The translations under genes and the position numbers were made by a program. The notes beneath the pieces are model-generated. The model did no database searches. It was not told the origin of the DNA and saw only the letters and a list, made by a program, of their open reading frames with translations. DNA of 32,000 nucleotides from Promethearchaeia archaeon (GTDB lineage Archaea > Asgardarchaeota > Lokiarchaeia > Sigyniarchaeales > SOKP01): the NCBI GenBank assembly GCA_046497275.1, contig JAWOFX010000091.1, positions 1 through 32,000 of the forward strand, written 5' to 3'. This document shows, piece after piece, positions 7,688 through 17,758 of this stretch. Position 1 is the stretch's first letter. Each line of letters begins with the position of its first letter.

Positions 7688-10339
7688 TTATTTTTTACTA
7701 GAGTATTTTGCTGAGATAATTTTCACCAATTCCATCCAAAAGCTAAAAACTATAGAAATTCCGAAGATCAAAAGCCACTCCAGAGCACCAATAGCGGTTA
7801 CTCTGAGTACATCTTGAAGACCCGGTACATAAACGATTAAAAACATCACTCCAATTGCTCCTAAAGCCCAAATTATCATCATCTTATTAGAAAGATACCC
7901 CACTTTTTTCAAGGGATCTCTAATTGTCCTCATATTGAGTGCTAACAATACATGGGAAATCATCCAAGTAGCAAAAGCCATCGTCCTTGCCACGGGTGCG
8001 GGATAAAATGTTAGAGCAAATAGATATACAATCAATACTGCTCCAATAAGACTAATGGCTCCCATAATAATGCCCAAATTCATTTGTTTATCAATAAATT
8101 TAGCATCTGGATCTCGTGGTGGTAGTTTCATTACATCTGTTTCACTAGGTTCTACAACAAAAGTTACCGATGCTGCTAAATCCATAAATAATTCTAAAAG
8201 GATGATTTGAATAGGTGCAAACGGCAATTGCAGTCCAAATATTACAGGCAAGAGAAATATTACAATAAGTGCCATTTTGACAGCTAAATAATAACGGACA
8301 CCCTTTCTGAGATTATCATATAGTTTCCTTCCCTCTTCTACCGCATAAGTAATGGTTGCAAAGTTATCATCAAGAAGAACCATATCAGCAGATTCTCTGG
8401 CTACATCAGTTCCAGAGATCCCCATAGCAACACCAATATCAGCTTTTTTTAAGGCAGGAGCATCATTAATACCATCTCCGGTCACAGCAACTTGTTCTCC
8501 GTTTTCTTTTAGAGCTTCAACAATTTTGAGTTTATGTGCTGGAGTCGTTCGTGAAAAGATATTAATATAATTTACTCGTCCTTTCAATCCATCTTTATCC
8601 ATTTCTTCCACATCTGAACCCAGCAATACTTTTGCAGAGTCTATCCCGATTTCTTTTCCGATCGCTTGAGCTGTCTGCTCATAATCACCTGTAATCATTA
8701 TTACTCTAATTCCTGCATTTTTACACTCCTTTATAGCATCACTAACTTCACCTCTGGGAGGATCGATAAAACCAGCAATTCCACAGAATGTTAAATCTTT
8801 TTCAGCCTCTTCTTGCGATATATCAGGAGTGTTTAGTTCCTTAAATGCAAATCCTAATACTCGTAATCCGCTTTCTGCCATTTCTTCAACTATTTGTATG
8901 ATTTCTTCTCTAAGTTCTGTTGTTAATTGTTTCTTTGCTCCATCAGAAATGTATTCTTTTGAATTATTGAGTATTTGTTCTGTCGCTCCTTTAATAAATA
9001 AATTATAATCGTTATTAAATTTATAAATCTGCGACATCATCATTCTTTTATTATCAAAGGTAAATTCTTGGTTTAACTCATATTTCTCTGATAAGTCAGA
9101 ATATGAGATATTAGCTTCTTCAGCAGCTTGAATCAATGCTATTTCCATTGGATCTCCCCTATAAGAAGTAGATACTCCAGTTCCCTCTACTAATACATCG
9201 TTAACCATGGCACCAATCTCTAATACTCGTCTCTGGCACTCTGATAATTCCTTACCATTAAGTTCAATTAGTTCTCCGTCTGAATATATTTTGGTTAATT
9301 TCATCTGATTTTGTGTAAGAGTTCCTGTTTTATCAGTTGCTATTACCGTTACACTTCCTAATGTTTCAGCTGTTCTTAAATATTTGACGAGAGCGTTATT
9401 TTTTGAGAGAGAATAAGCTCCTAATGCCAAAACAACTGTTATTATAATTGGCAATTCTTCTGGAATTGTGGCAAAGGATAAACTCAAACCTGTTAAGACC
9501 ATTTCATACCATGGTTTTCCCTGAATTATCCCAATAATAGGTATTATTGCCGCAAAAAATAGGGCAATTCCAACAAGCCATAAAGATAATTGTTTCATAG
9601 CCATCTGTAATGGTGTTTTAGGTTCTTTTATACTTTTAGTAAGACCAGCAATTTGCCCTAATTCTGTATCCATTCCAGTTGCTACTGCTATCCCTTTTCC
9701 CTTGCCTCTGGTCACAGTTGTGCCAGCATATGCCATATTTACTCTTTCCATTAAATCAGTTTTTTCAGAAAGTGTCTCTTCTGCATTTTTAGTCACCGGT
9801 AAAGATTCACCTGTAAGGGGAGATTCATCTATTTGAAGCCCATAGGCTTCTGTTAAGCGAACATCAGATGGAACACGTTTTCCAACTTTTAAATAAATAA
9901 CATCTCCAGGAACTATATTTTCTGGTTTGATCTCTCTTATTTCTCCCTCTCGGAGCACTATTGCTTCTGGAATTGCTAATTTTTTCAAAGACGCAATTTT
10001 TTTCTTCGCCCGATATTCGTTATAGATCTCAACGAAAACTAACACTGCAATTATTACAAAAATAGTAATTCCATCAAAAATATCCCCTTGTTCAAAAAAT
10101 ATTCCGAAAATAGTATAGAGGATTCCTACACCGAAAAGAAGTAAAATCATAGGTTCAAAAATTTCATGCAGTAAAACCTCTAGAAACCTAACTTCCTGCT
10201 CTTCTTCAAGTTTATTAGGACCATATTTTTCGAATCTGTTTGTGATATCCTCTTCTGATAAGCCTTGTGATAGATTAACTTTTAATTCTGTTGAAATCTC
10301 CTCAATTGATTTTGTATATGGATTTTTAATTTCACTCAT
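7688..10339 (-). CDS. Cation-transporting P-type ATPase (type II-like)
   Basis: LTGES, PEELP, DKTGTLT phosphorylation motif, KGATE, DPPR, MITGD, TGDGINDAPALKKADIGVAMG, ten-TM layout. Confidence 0.93.
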   Translation of the reverse strand: MSEIKNPYTKSIEEISTELKVNLSQGLSEEDITNRFEKYGPNKLEEEQEVRFLEVLLHEIFEPMILLLFGVGILYTIFGIFFEQGDIFDGITIFVIIAVLVFVEIYNEYRAKKKIASLKKLAIPEAIVLREGEIREIKPENIVPGDVIYLKVGKRVPSDVRLTEAYGLQIDESPLTGESLPVTKNAEETLSEKTDLMERVNMAYAGTTVTRGKGKGIAVATGMDTELGQIAGLTKSIKEPKTPLQMAMKQLSLWLVGIALFFAAIIPIIGIIQGKPWYEMVLTGLSLSFATIPEELPIIITVVLALGAYSLSKNNALVKYLRTAETLGSVTVIATDKTGTLTQNQMKLTKIYSDGELIELNGKELSECQRRVLEIGAMVNDVLVEGTGVSTSYRGDPMEIALIQAAEEANISYSDLSEKYELNQEFTFDNKRMMMSQIYKFNNDYNLFIKGATEQILNNSKEYISDGAKKQLTTELREEIIQIVEEMAESGLRVLGFAFKELNTPDISQEEAEKDLTFCGIAGFIDPPRGEVSDAIKECKNAGIRVIMITGDYEQTAQAIGKEIGIDSAKVLLGSDVEEMDKDGLKGRVNYINIFSRTTPAHKLKIVEALKENGEQVAVTGDGINDAPALKKADIGVAMGISGTDVARESADMVLLDDNFATITYAVEEGRKLYDNLRKGVRYYLAVKMALIVIFLLPVIFGLQLPFAPIQIILLELFMDLAASVTFVVEPSETDVMKLPPRDPDAKFIDKQMNLGIIMGAISLIGAVLIVYLFALTFYPAPVARTMAFATWMISHVLLALNMRTIRDPLKKVGYLSNKMMIIWALGAIGVMFLIVYVPGLQDVLRVTAIGALEWLLIFGISIVFSFWMELVKIISAKYSSKK

Positions 10340-10467
10340 TATAATCCACGAAAGATTATTTGATTTTTTATATTAATTTTAGTTCTAAAAACTTTAAAAT
10401 TGATTATTTTATGAATTATTAAAAATTTCGGAATATAAAAAATCAAGTATTCAAATAGAATGATTTA

Positions 10468-12174
10468 TCATGTGAGAGACAAAAAGTAGCTTAACCCTTG
10501 ACCTAATCCATATACAGACGAAATAGTTGCCCCAAAAAAGATCTGAATAATAATAAATGAACTAATTAATGTAGATAAAAAATTTTTTGTATCTTCATAG
10601 AGATAAGTATTTTTAACACTAACAACAAACATAACTAAATTTGTGGCTACAAATCCAGGCACAAGAATCCAGCTTAATGTGATCCCAAATATAATGCTTT
10701 GCATAACTGCTGAAAGGCCTATCATAATTGCAATCCTTCTTTTTTTAGAATTTATAATTTTTAATTCAGGATAAATGATCTCTCTATAAAAAATTTCCAA
10801 ATTGACATATAAGGGAAATGCTGTCAATGCAAGAAGAAAATCGCTTAATTTTGTAGGGAAAAAGAATGCAAAAGGATATGATATGGAAAAAATCAAATAA
10901 AATCCTATAAAAAAAATGGCACTTAACATTGAAAACCCAATACTATTTAATTTAAATTGTGAAAGTATAGAAGTTCTCAGAGTTGATAAAAAAGTTTTCT
11001 TTGATTCTGTATTATCATATAGTGTCATTAATCGGAAAAGTATAAATGAGAACATTAAAATTAGAGACCCAATTAATAATGCAAATACCCCTAATGCGAT
11101 GGTGAAGAAAAGATAAGTGAATATGAATATTAAAAAGTATCCAATTATTCTCAAGGCAGTTTTTTTATTATCTTTTTCAATTATTTCATTTTTTATAAAA
11201 TAAGTATCTTTCATTGGGCGTAAATTAAAGAATGAGGAAAAATATCTCGCAAGGTACATAGAAGTTAAAAACAAAAGAAATAAATTTATAAAGAGAAATA
11301 AGTAGTTAAGATAATAGGAAACTGAAATTGGCCCATTAATATCCTCAGAGTTGAAAAAGATTGCTTCAAAAAAATTGATCGTATTAATCTCTAAACTAGT
11401 ACTTACAATTAGATGTTCCATTCCAAACATAGGAGTTGTTACCTGTATTAGAGTTCCATTGGTCAGAGCTTGGGCGGCTAGGGCATTATCCTCAAATGGA
11501 AGGACGGGATCATTGATGTGATGGATAATTAATAGATTTTGGACGTTAGATTCATTTATTAAGTTAATTGGAATATAATCATTAAAAATAGAATCCTCAC
11601 TAATGCCAAATCCTCCTAAATCTAAATCTACTAACCCCGCCCAGGTAACTGTGGCATTAAACCTAGGATCCAAGGCATCATTCATTAAAACGACCATTCC
11701 CCCTAAAGAATGACCGATTAAACCAATTTGGGAACTATTAATCTCATTTTTATAGATGGTGAGGGTTTCTAATTTATCTAAAAGATTAGAGCAATCTTGC
11801 GCTAGTCCAGGGAGATTATTATCTCCTATATTGAAAAGATTTCCGCCACTCTCTCCGTGACCTTGATAATCAATTGATGCCACAAAAAATCCTCTTTTTG
11901 TAAGTTCTACGGGAGCTCTTAGATCAAAATCTCTCTGACTCTGGAAAGCATGAGCAAAAATAACAAGTGGGTGTTTATCTTGAAATTCCAAATCATTGCT
12001 TGGATAATAAAGATTTGCATATAATTTAGCTCCAGCAGATTCAAATTCTATTCTTTCATAATAATTATAACTATAAGAACGATTGATATAGAGAAATAAA
12101 AGAGAGATTACAAAAATAAAACTAACGATAACAATTTTGTAGATTTTTGATTTTTTCTCTGACTTCTTCTCCAT
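10468..12174 (-). CDS. Alpha/beta-hydrolase with N-terminal membrane anchor and C-terminal multi-pass membrane domain
   Basis: IDYQGHGESGG, nucleophile elbow GHSLGG, one N-terminal TM, and about eight hydrophobic segments after residue ~285. Confidence 0.7.
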   Translation of the reverse strand: MEKKSEKKSKIYKIVIVSFIFVISLLFLYINRSYSYNYYERIEFESAGAKLYANLYYPSNDLEFQDKHPLVIFAHAFQSQRDFDLRAPVELTKRGFFVASIDYQGHGESGGNLFNIGDNNLPGLAQDCSNLLDKLETLTIYKNEINSSQIGLIGHSLGGMVVLMNDALDPRFNATVTWAGLVDLDLGGFGISEDSIFNDYIPINLINESNVQNLLIIHHINDPVLPFEDNALAAQALTNGTLIQVTTPMFGMEHLIVSTSLEINTINFFEAIFFNSEDINGPISVSYYLNYLFLFINLFLLFLTSMYLARYFSSFFNLRPMKDTYFIKNEIIEKDNKKTALRIIGYFLIFIFTYLFFTIALGVFALLIGSLILMFSFILFRLMTLYDNTESKKTFLSTLRTSILSQFKLNSIGFSMLSAIFFIGFYLIFSISYPFAFFFPTKLSDFLLALTAFPLYVNLEIFYREIIYPELKIINSKKRRIAIMIGLSAVMQSIIFGITLSWILVPGFVATNLVMFVVSVKNTYLYEDTKNFLSTLISSFIIIQIFFGATISSVYGLGQGLSYFLSLT

Positions 12175-12311
12175 AATTTAAAAATTAATTTGAAATATTT
12201 AAGAATTTTATTTATTTTTTAAACAATAAGAATAGAATTAAAAAGAATCCAGAATTAATAAATAAGAAATCTATATGTTATTAGAAAATATTCCATTTAA
12301 GTGATATAAAG

Positions 12312-12995
12312 ATGGATCAAATGACAGAAAAGAAAAAAAGCATTAATTTAATTGATGAAACAATTAATGCCATTGATAATATTAAGGAATCCCTCCAATC
12401 GGCAAAAAATGAATTAGAAAAATTAGAAGAAGATAAAGAAAAACTAAGTAACGAAACAAAATTATTAGAAAGCGAAAAAATTCAACTTGAAGAAGAAAAA
12501 AGGAATTTAGAACAAGAAAAAATACAATTAGAACAAGATAAAGAGAAATTAATGGAGGCAACTAGAAAACTGGAACAAGAAAAGGAAGAAAAAGATCAAA
12601 GAATTGGAGATCTTACTTCTGAACAAATGAAATTACTCGATGAGTATAAAAAAGTTAAAAAAGAATTAGAAAAACTCTCGAAAATTGTGGAAGATCAAGA
12701 AGAGTTTAATATTGAGCGTATAAAAGCTTTGCTTTCAATTTATAATGTTTTATTGGAAGAGATCTGGCAAGGAACGCCTCATTTTAGGATACTCCTTCTA
12801 GTTCACGGGGAAAGTGAGGAAATGTCAAGAGAAACAATCAAAAATACTACTGGAATTGAAGGTGCTATGGTTTTGAGAGCAATACATGAATTAGCGAATA
12901 TAGATTTAATTGAATATGATGAAGACAATGATATAGTAAAACTAAAAAAAAGATTATTTAAACGAGAAGATCTAACCGAAAAAGATGATCAATGA
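12312..12995 (+). CDS. Coiled-coil protein with probable C-terminal winged-helix domain
   Basis: Long E/K-rich heptad region, then HFRILLLVHG...MSRETIKNTTGIEGAMVLRAIHELANIDLIEYD, a wHTH-like pattern (inference). Confidence 0.65.
   Translation: MDQMTEKKKSINLIDETINAIDNIKESLQSAKNELEKLEEDKEKLSNETKLLESEKIQLEEEKRNLEQEKIQLEQDKEKLMEATRKLEQEKEEKDQRIGDLTSEQMKLLDEYKKVKKELEKLSKIVEDQEEFNIERIKALLSIYNVLLEEIWQGTPHFRILLLVHGESEEMSRETIKNTTGIEGAMVLRAIHELANIDLIEYDEDNDIVKLKKRLFKREDLTEKDDQ
12465..12548 (+). repeat. Four imperfect 21-nt tandem repeats encoding heptads LESEKIQ/LEEEKRN/LEQEKIQ/LEQDKEK
   Basis: ttagaaagcgaaaaaattcaa, cttgaagaagaaaaaaggaat, ttagaacaagaaaaaatacaa, ttagaacaagataaagagaaa read directly. 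Confidence 0.6.
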
Positions 12996-13018
12996 AAATC
13001 CAGACCATCTCAATAATA

Positions 13019-13912
13019 TTAATCGGGAAGATCAATATTTAATTTTTTAACAATTTCTTTATATCGTGAACGAAGAGTTACTTCTGTTATTCCAATGGTA
13101 TCGGCAATTTCTTTTTGTGTTAATTCAATATGCTTTAATTTCGTTGCAATATAAATCGCTCCCGCACACAATCCTTTTGGATCTTTCCCACTTATTGGGA
13201 AATATTTTGTAAACATTTCGACTATTTTTATAGCAACTCGTTCTGTATCCGCATTAAGATTTAACTCAGCATTAAATCGTGGAATAAGTGCGCTTGGATT
13301 GGTATTAGGGGCTTTTAATTTCAATTCCTTAATAATTGCTCGATACGATCGTTTAACATCTTTTGCACTTTCATTCGATTGCTCTAAAATTTCTTGAAGA
13401 GTCCGTGGAATTTTCTTTTTTCTACATGAAAAATATAAACATGCAGCAACCATCGCATTAATAGATCTTCCACGCAATAATTTGTTTTTAAAGGCTTGTC
13501 TGTAGATCCGCATTGCTTCCATTTTCACATGGGTTGGTAAATCGAGATTACTGCTAATACGTTTTAATTCAGTAGTGGCAATAAGTAGATTCCGTTTGGC
13601 CCAGGGCATACGAGTATCCCATTTCGCTGCCCTCTTAAGATCAGGATTTTTTATATCTTTTTTATTAATTACGGTTGTTAATTCCATATCGGGGATAAGA
13701 TTGGAAATTGGGGATCCAGTTCTATCACGTGCTTGTTTTTCTTGCTGAGTATATGCTCTTTTTCCACTATGATTGTAATCAAGTCCTCGCTCATTTATAA
13801 CTAACCCACAATTCGAGCAGACGATCTCACGTGTATTTTCTATTGCAATAGCTTGTCCTCCGCATTCTGGACAAGTTGTCGGTTGATTGTCTTTTTCTGA
13901 TTCTATTCCCAT
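13019..13912 (-). CDS. tfb: Transcription initiation factor IIB (TFB) paralog
   Basis: N-terminal zinc ribbon CPECG...VCSNCGLV, two cyclin repeats (LLRGRSINAMVAACLY, SGKDPKGLCAGAIY), C-terminal HTH TQKEIADTIGITEVTLRSRYKE. Confidence 0.93.
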   Translation of the reverse strand: MGIESEKDNQPTTCPECGGQAIAIENTREIVCSNCGLVINERGLDYNHSGKRAYTQQEKQARDRTGSPISNLIPDMELTTVINKKDIKNPDLKRAAKWDTRMPWAKRNLLIATTELKRISSNLDLPTHVKMEAMRIYRQAFKNKLLRGRSINAMVAACLYFSCRKKKIPRTLQEILEQSNESAKDVKRSYRAIIKELKLKAPNTNPSALIPRFNAELNLNADTERVAIKIVEMFTKYFPISGKDPKGLCAGAIYIATKLKHIELTQKEIADTIGITEVTLRSRYKEIVKKLNIDLPD

Positions 13913-13983
13913 TTTTCAACCCCTAAATATTTATAATCATTAATAAAATAAATAATTTTAAGAAAAAAATTATTGTGTATCAA

Positions 13984-16593
13984 TTATATAGTTGTTTCTC
14001 CTACTTTTTCAAATTCTAAATCTTTATGAGAATTAGTAGCCACTTGTATAAGATCGCCGTCCATAAATTTACCCTCTAATATCCTTAAGGATAAAGGATC
14101 TTGAATGTATTTTTGTATCGCTCTCTTTAACGGACGCGCTCCAAATTCAGGATCAAATCCTTTTTCAGCGAGAACTTTTTTAGCATCTTCCGTTAATTCT
14201 ATTTGTACCTTATGGTCTTCCAAAGTCTTATTGAGTCTTCTAATCTGTATATCCACTATATCTTTTATTTGTTCTCTTTCCAAGAAATTATAGATAATTA
14301 TATCATCAACCCTATTAAGAAACTCAGGTTTGAAATGTCGTCTCATGGTCTTCATAATTAAATCTTCATCAATATCCTTGCCACTTTCCCGTGCTTCCAA
14401 TATATATTGACTGCCGATATTACTTGTCATAATCAATACTGTATTCTTAAAATCGACAGTTCTGCCGTGCCCATCAGTAAGACGTCCATCATCCATAATT
14501 TGTAAAAGTATATTAAATACATCTTGATGTGCTTTTTCAATCTCATCAAATAGAATAACAGAATAAGGTCTCCTTCTCACAGATTCGGTTAAATAGCCTC
14601 CTTCTTCGAATCCAACATAACCCGGAGGGGCTCCAATCAATCTGGCAACACTATGCCTCTCCATAAATTCTGACATATCTATTCTTACCATCGCATCTTC
14701 ATCATCAAATAAGAATTCTGCTAACGCTTTTGCTGTTTCAGTTTTTCCCACTCCAGTAGGTCCTAAGAAAATGAACACACCAATAGGTCGATTAGGATCT
14801 TGAATCCCTGCTCGTGCTCTTCTAATTGCATTTGAAACTGCTTTTAATGCTTGATCTTGCCCAACTACCCTCTTTTTCAAACGATCTTCCATTTTTAATA
14901 ATTTTTCTCTTTCAGTTTCTAGCATTTTTGAGATAGGTATTCCAGTCCATTGAGAAACCACCTCAGCAATATCTTCTTCTCCTACTTCTTCTTTCAGCAT
15001 CGGAGATTCTTCTTGAATTTCCTCCAATTTTTCTTGATTTTCTTTTAAATCTTTCTTTAATTCATTTAGTACTCCGTAGGTTAATTCAGCAGCTTTTTCA
15101 AGTTCTCCTCTCTTTTCTGCTTTTTCTGCTTGTAATTTTGTTTCTTCTATTTTTTTCTTTGTTTCACTGATTTTAGTAATAATTTCTTTTTCATTTCTCC
15201 ATCTTAGTTTTAATTGATCTGCTTGTTCTTGTAATTCATGCAGTTCTTCTTCTATTCTTTCTTTTCTTTCTTCTGCTGCTTTTCCAGTTTCTTTTTTAAG
15301 TGCTTCTTTTTGAATTTCAAGTTGAATAATTTGGCGTTCTATCTCATCAATTTCAGTAGGCATACTGTCGATTTCTATTCGTAATCTTGAAGCGGCTTCA
15401 TCCATTAAGTCTATTGCTTTATCTGGCAAAAATCTTGCCGAAATGTAACGATTAGATAATTTAGCTGCCGCAATAATTGCAGAATCGGATATTCGTACAC
15501 CATGATGTACTTCATATCGTTCTTTAAGTCCACGTAGGATAGCGATAGTATCTTCAACACTAGGTTCCTCTACATATACAGTTTGAAATCTTCTGGTTAA
15601 TGCTGCATCTTTTTCAATATATTTCCGATATTCATCTAATGTCGTAGCCCCTATAGCCCTTAATTCGCCTCTCGCCAGCGCAGGTTTCAACATATTTGAC
15701 GCATCTATCGCTCCTTCAGCCGCACCAGCACCTACAAGAGTGTGTAATTCATCAATAAATAGAATATATTTTCCCGCACCTTCTTCAACTTCTTTCAAAA
15801 ATGCTTTAAGTCTATCTTCAAATTCTCCTCGATATTTCGCACCTGCTACCATCGAGGCCAAATCTAATGCTACAATCTCTTTATTTTTTAATAATTCGGG
15901 CACATCTTCATTTGCAATTCTTTGAGCCAAACCTTCTACAATAGCAGTCTTTCCTACTCCCGCTTCTCCAATCAAAACAGGATTATTTTTAGTTCTTCTA
16001 GAAAGAATATGCATAAGGCGTCGGATTTCTTTATCTCGCCCGATAACAGGATCCAATTTTCCTCTACGAGCTAAATCAGTTAAATTTCGACTATATTTAT
16101 CAATTGCACGGTATTTTGCTTCAGGATTTTGATCAATAATTCGTCTACTACCCCTCACAGCTTTAAGTGAGGTAAGAATTCTATCCTTGGTGATCCCAAA
16201 GTTCTGCATAACTTTATAAATAGGCAGTGTATCAACAGACGCTAAAGCCATGAGAACATGCTCAGTACTTAAATACTCATCTCTCATATTAGCAGCAATT
16301 TCCCACGCAACATCAAACATTTTCTTCGTATTTTGTGAGATTCGTGCTTCTCCAGCCCCTGTTCCAGTTACTTGTGGTAATTTCTCGAGTTCATTATTTA
16401 AATCGTTTAAAAAATGTGAAATATTAATACCTAACTTTTGTAATAAGGGACGAGCTACTCCATCTTGCTGTTCTGCCAGGGATATTAAAACATGAACTGG
16501 TTCAATTAATTGATGATTATTATTATCTGCTAATGATTTTGCCGTCATTAGCGCTTCTTGCACTTTAACTGTAAATTTATCTAATTTCATCAT
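13984..16593 (-). CDS. clpB: ClpB/Hsp100 disaggregase
   Basis: N-domain, two AAA+ modules ([16 protein letters not shown]), coiled-coil middle domain ([19 protein letters not shown]), [10 protein letters not shown], pore loops GAKYRG and GYVG. Confidence 0.96.
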   Translation of the reverse strand: MMKLDKFTVKVQEALMTAKSLADNNNHQLIEPVHVLISLAEQQDGVARPLLQKLGINISHFLNDLNNELEKLPQVTGTGAGEARISQNTKKMFDVAWEIAANMRDEYLSTEHVLMALASVDTLPIYKVMQNFGITKDRILTSLKAVRGSRRIIDQNPEAKYRAIDKYSRNLTDLARRGKLDPVIGRDKEIRRLMHILSRRTKNNPVLIGEAGVGKTAIVEGLAQRIANEDVPELLKNKEIVALDLASMVAGAKYRGEFEDRLKAFLKEVEEGAGKYILFIDELHTLVGAGAAEGAIDASNMLKPALARGELRAIGATTLDEYRKYIEKDAALTRRFQTVYVEEPSVEDTIAILRGLKERYEVHHGVRISDSAIIAAAKLSNRYISARFLPDKAIDLMDEAASRLRIEIDSMPTEIDEIERQIIQLEIQKEALKKETGKAAEERKERIEEELHELQEQADQLKLRWRNEKEIITKISETKKKIEETKLQAEKAEKRGELEKAAELTYGVLNELKKDLKENQEKLEEIQEESPMLKEEVGEEDIAEVVSQWTGIPISKMLETEREKLLKMEDRLKKRVVGQDQALKAVSNAIRRARAGIQDPNRPIGVFIFLGPTGVGKTETAKALAEFLFDDEDAMVRIDMSEFMERHSVARLIGAPPGYVGFEEGGYLTESVRRRPYSVILFDEIEKAHQDVFNILLQIMDDGRLTDGHGRTVDFKNTVLIMTSNIGSQYILEARESGKDIDEDLIMKTMRRHFKPEFLNRVDDIIIYNFLEREQIKDIVDIQIRRLNKTLEDHKVQIELTEDAKKVLAEKGFDPEFGARPLKRAIQKYIQDPLSLRILEGKFMDGDLIQVATNSHKDLEFEKVGETTI

Positions 16594-16609
16594 TTTCTCT
16601 CACCCTTTA

Positions 16610-17656
16610 TTATAATCCTGTTTTCTTTAATTCCTCTAACAAATCTTTTTGTTTTTTATTAAGATTACTGGGAACTTTGATTTTTATTCGTACCATTAAA
16701 TTTCCTCTATTCTCAGAATTTATGATAGAAAATCCTTGATTTTTTAATCGCAATACCGTACCATCTTCAGTCCCAGCGGGGACAGAAACATTTAAATTGC
16801 GATTGATCCCTTGAACTTGGATTTGTCCACCTAAAGCGGCAGTTGTGAATGGAATTTCTGCGTTCACATATACGTCATCTCCCTTTCTCTCAAAAATAGG
16901 ATGATCATTAATATGAATATTAATATAGAGATCTCCCGATTTTCCTCCGTTTGTGCCTGGCATTCCTTTTCCTTTTAAGCGGAGTTTTTGCCCTTCCCGA
17001 ATACCTTTAGGGATTTTGACTGTTAACGTTTCTGTTGATCTTGTTTGAGGATTTGTAAATTGTATTCGCTTTTTTCCACCATAGAATGCATCCATAAAAT
17101 CGATGGTCATATCATATTTTAAATCTTGTCCTTCTTGAGGTACATTTCTAGACGTTCTTCTTCCAAATGGAGAACCCGACTTTGCGCTACGACTTCTTCC
17201 GCCACCTCCGAACACATCAAAAATGTCTTCAAGATCACTAAAAAAGTCAAAACTCGATGCCTGTCCAGATCCGCCTCTCCCCCCCATTCCTCCAAAAATA
17301 TCTCCAAAGTCAAATCCACCTCCTCCGGGGCTTCCCGAAGAATAATATACAGTTCGACCATCTGGGGTTCTATAAACTCCGCCACCAGGACCTCCAGGTC
17401 CACCGGGACCTCCAGGGCCTCCTTTAGGCATCTCTCCTTCTGTGACTCCGAATTTATCATACATTTCACGCTTTTCTTCGTCACTAAGAACTCTATACGC
17501 TTCATTGATCTTTTTAAATTTTTCACCTGATCTATCCTCATCTGGATTAACATCAGGGTGATATTTTCGTGCTTGCTTACGGAATGCTCTCTTTATCTCG
17601 TCCTGTGTGGCACTCTTGTCTATTCCCAATATTTTATAATAATCTTTTTTTGCCAT
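16610..17656 (-). CDS. dnaJ: Class B J-domain co-chaperone (no zinc finger)
   Basis: KDYYKILG J-domain with HPD, long G/F-rich region, C-terminal beta domains (GQDL...[18 protein letters not shown]...GDL), no CxxCxGxG repeats. Confidence 0.9.
   Translation of the reverse strand: MAKKDYYKILGIDKSATQDEIKRAFRKQARKYHPDVNPDEDRSGEKFKKINEAYRVLSDEEKREMYDKFGVTEGEMPKGGPGGPGGPGGPGGGVYRTPDGRTVYYSSGSPGGGGFDFGDIFGGMGGRGGSGQASSFDFFSDLEDIFDVFGGGGRSRSAKSGSPFGRRTSRNVPQEGQDLKYDMTIDFMDAFYGGKKRIQFTNPQTRSTETLTVKIPKGIREGQKLRLKGKGMPGTNGGKSGDLYINIHINDHPIFERKGDDVYVNAEIPFTTAALGGQIQVQGINRNLNVSVPAGTEDGTVLRLKNQGFSIINSENRGNLMVRIKIKVPSNLNKKQKDLLEELKKTGL
17378..17422 (-). repeat. 9-nt coding repeat, (GGP)x4 followed by GGG, in the DnaJ G/F region
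   Basis: Translation [15 protein letters not shown] with synonymous variation between units. Confidence 0.7.
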
Positions 17657-17722
17657 AAATTTGAAACCTCATTAAATAATAACATAAATCATAATACAAT
17701 AATTAATAATCGTACATAAATT

Positions 17723-17758
17723 AAAAAAATAAAAAAAATAAATTAGACTTTAAGTCTA
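17723..17758 (-). terminator. Small hairpin plus T-tracts after dnaK
   Basis: TAGACT-N3-AGTCTA palindrome (17744-17758) overlapping the dnaK stop, followed on the minus strand by T8 and T7 runs. Confidence 0.45.

Noticed and set aside
17119-17553. Overlapping ORFs of 144 and 134 aa within dnaJ
   Set aside because: They arise from the stop-poor Gly-rich G/F region; no independent coding signal.
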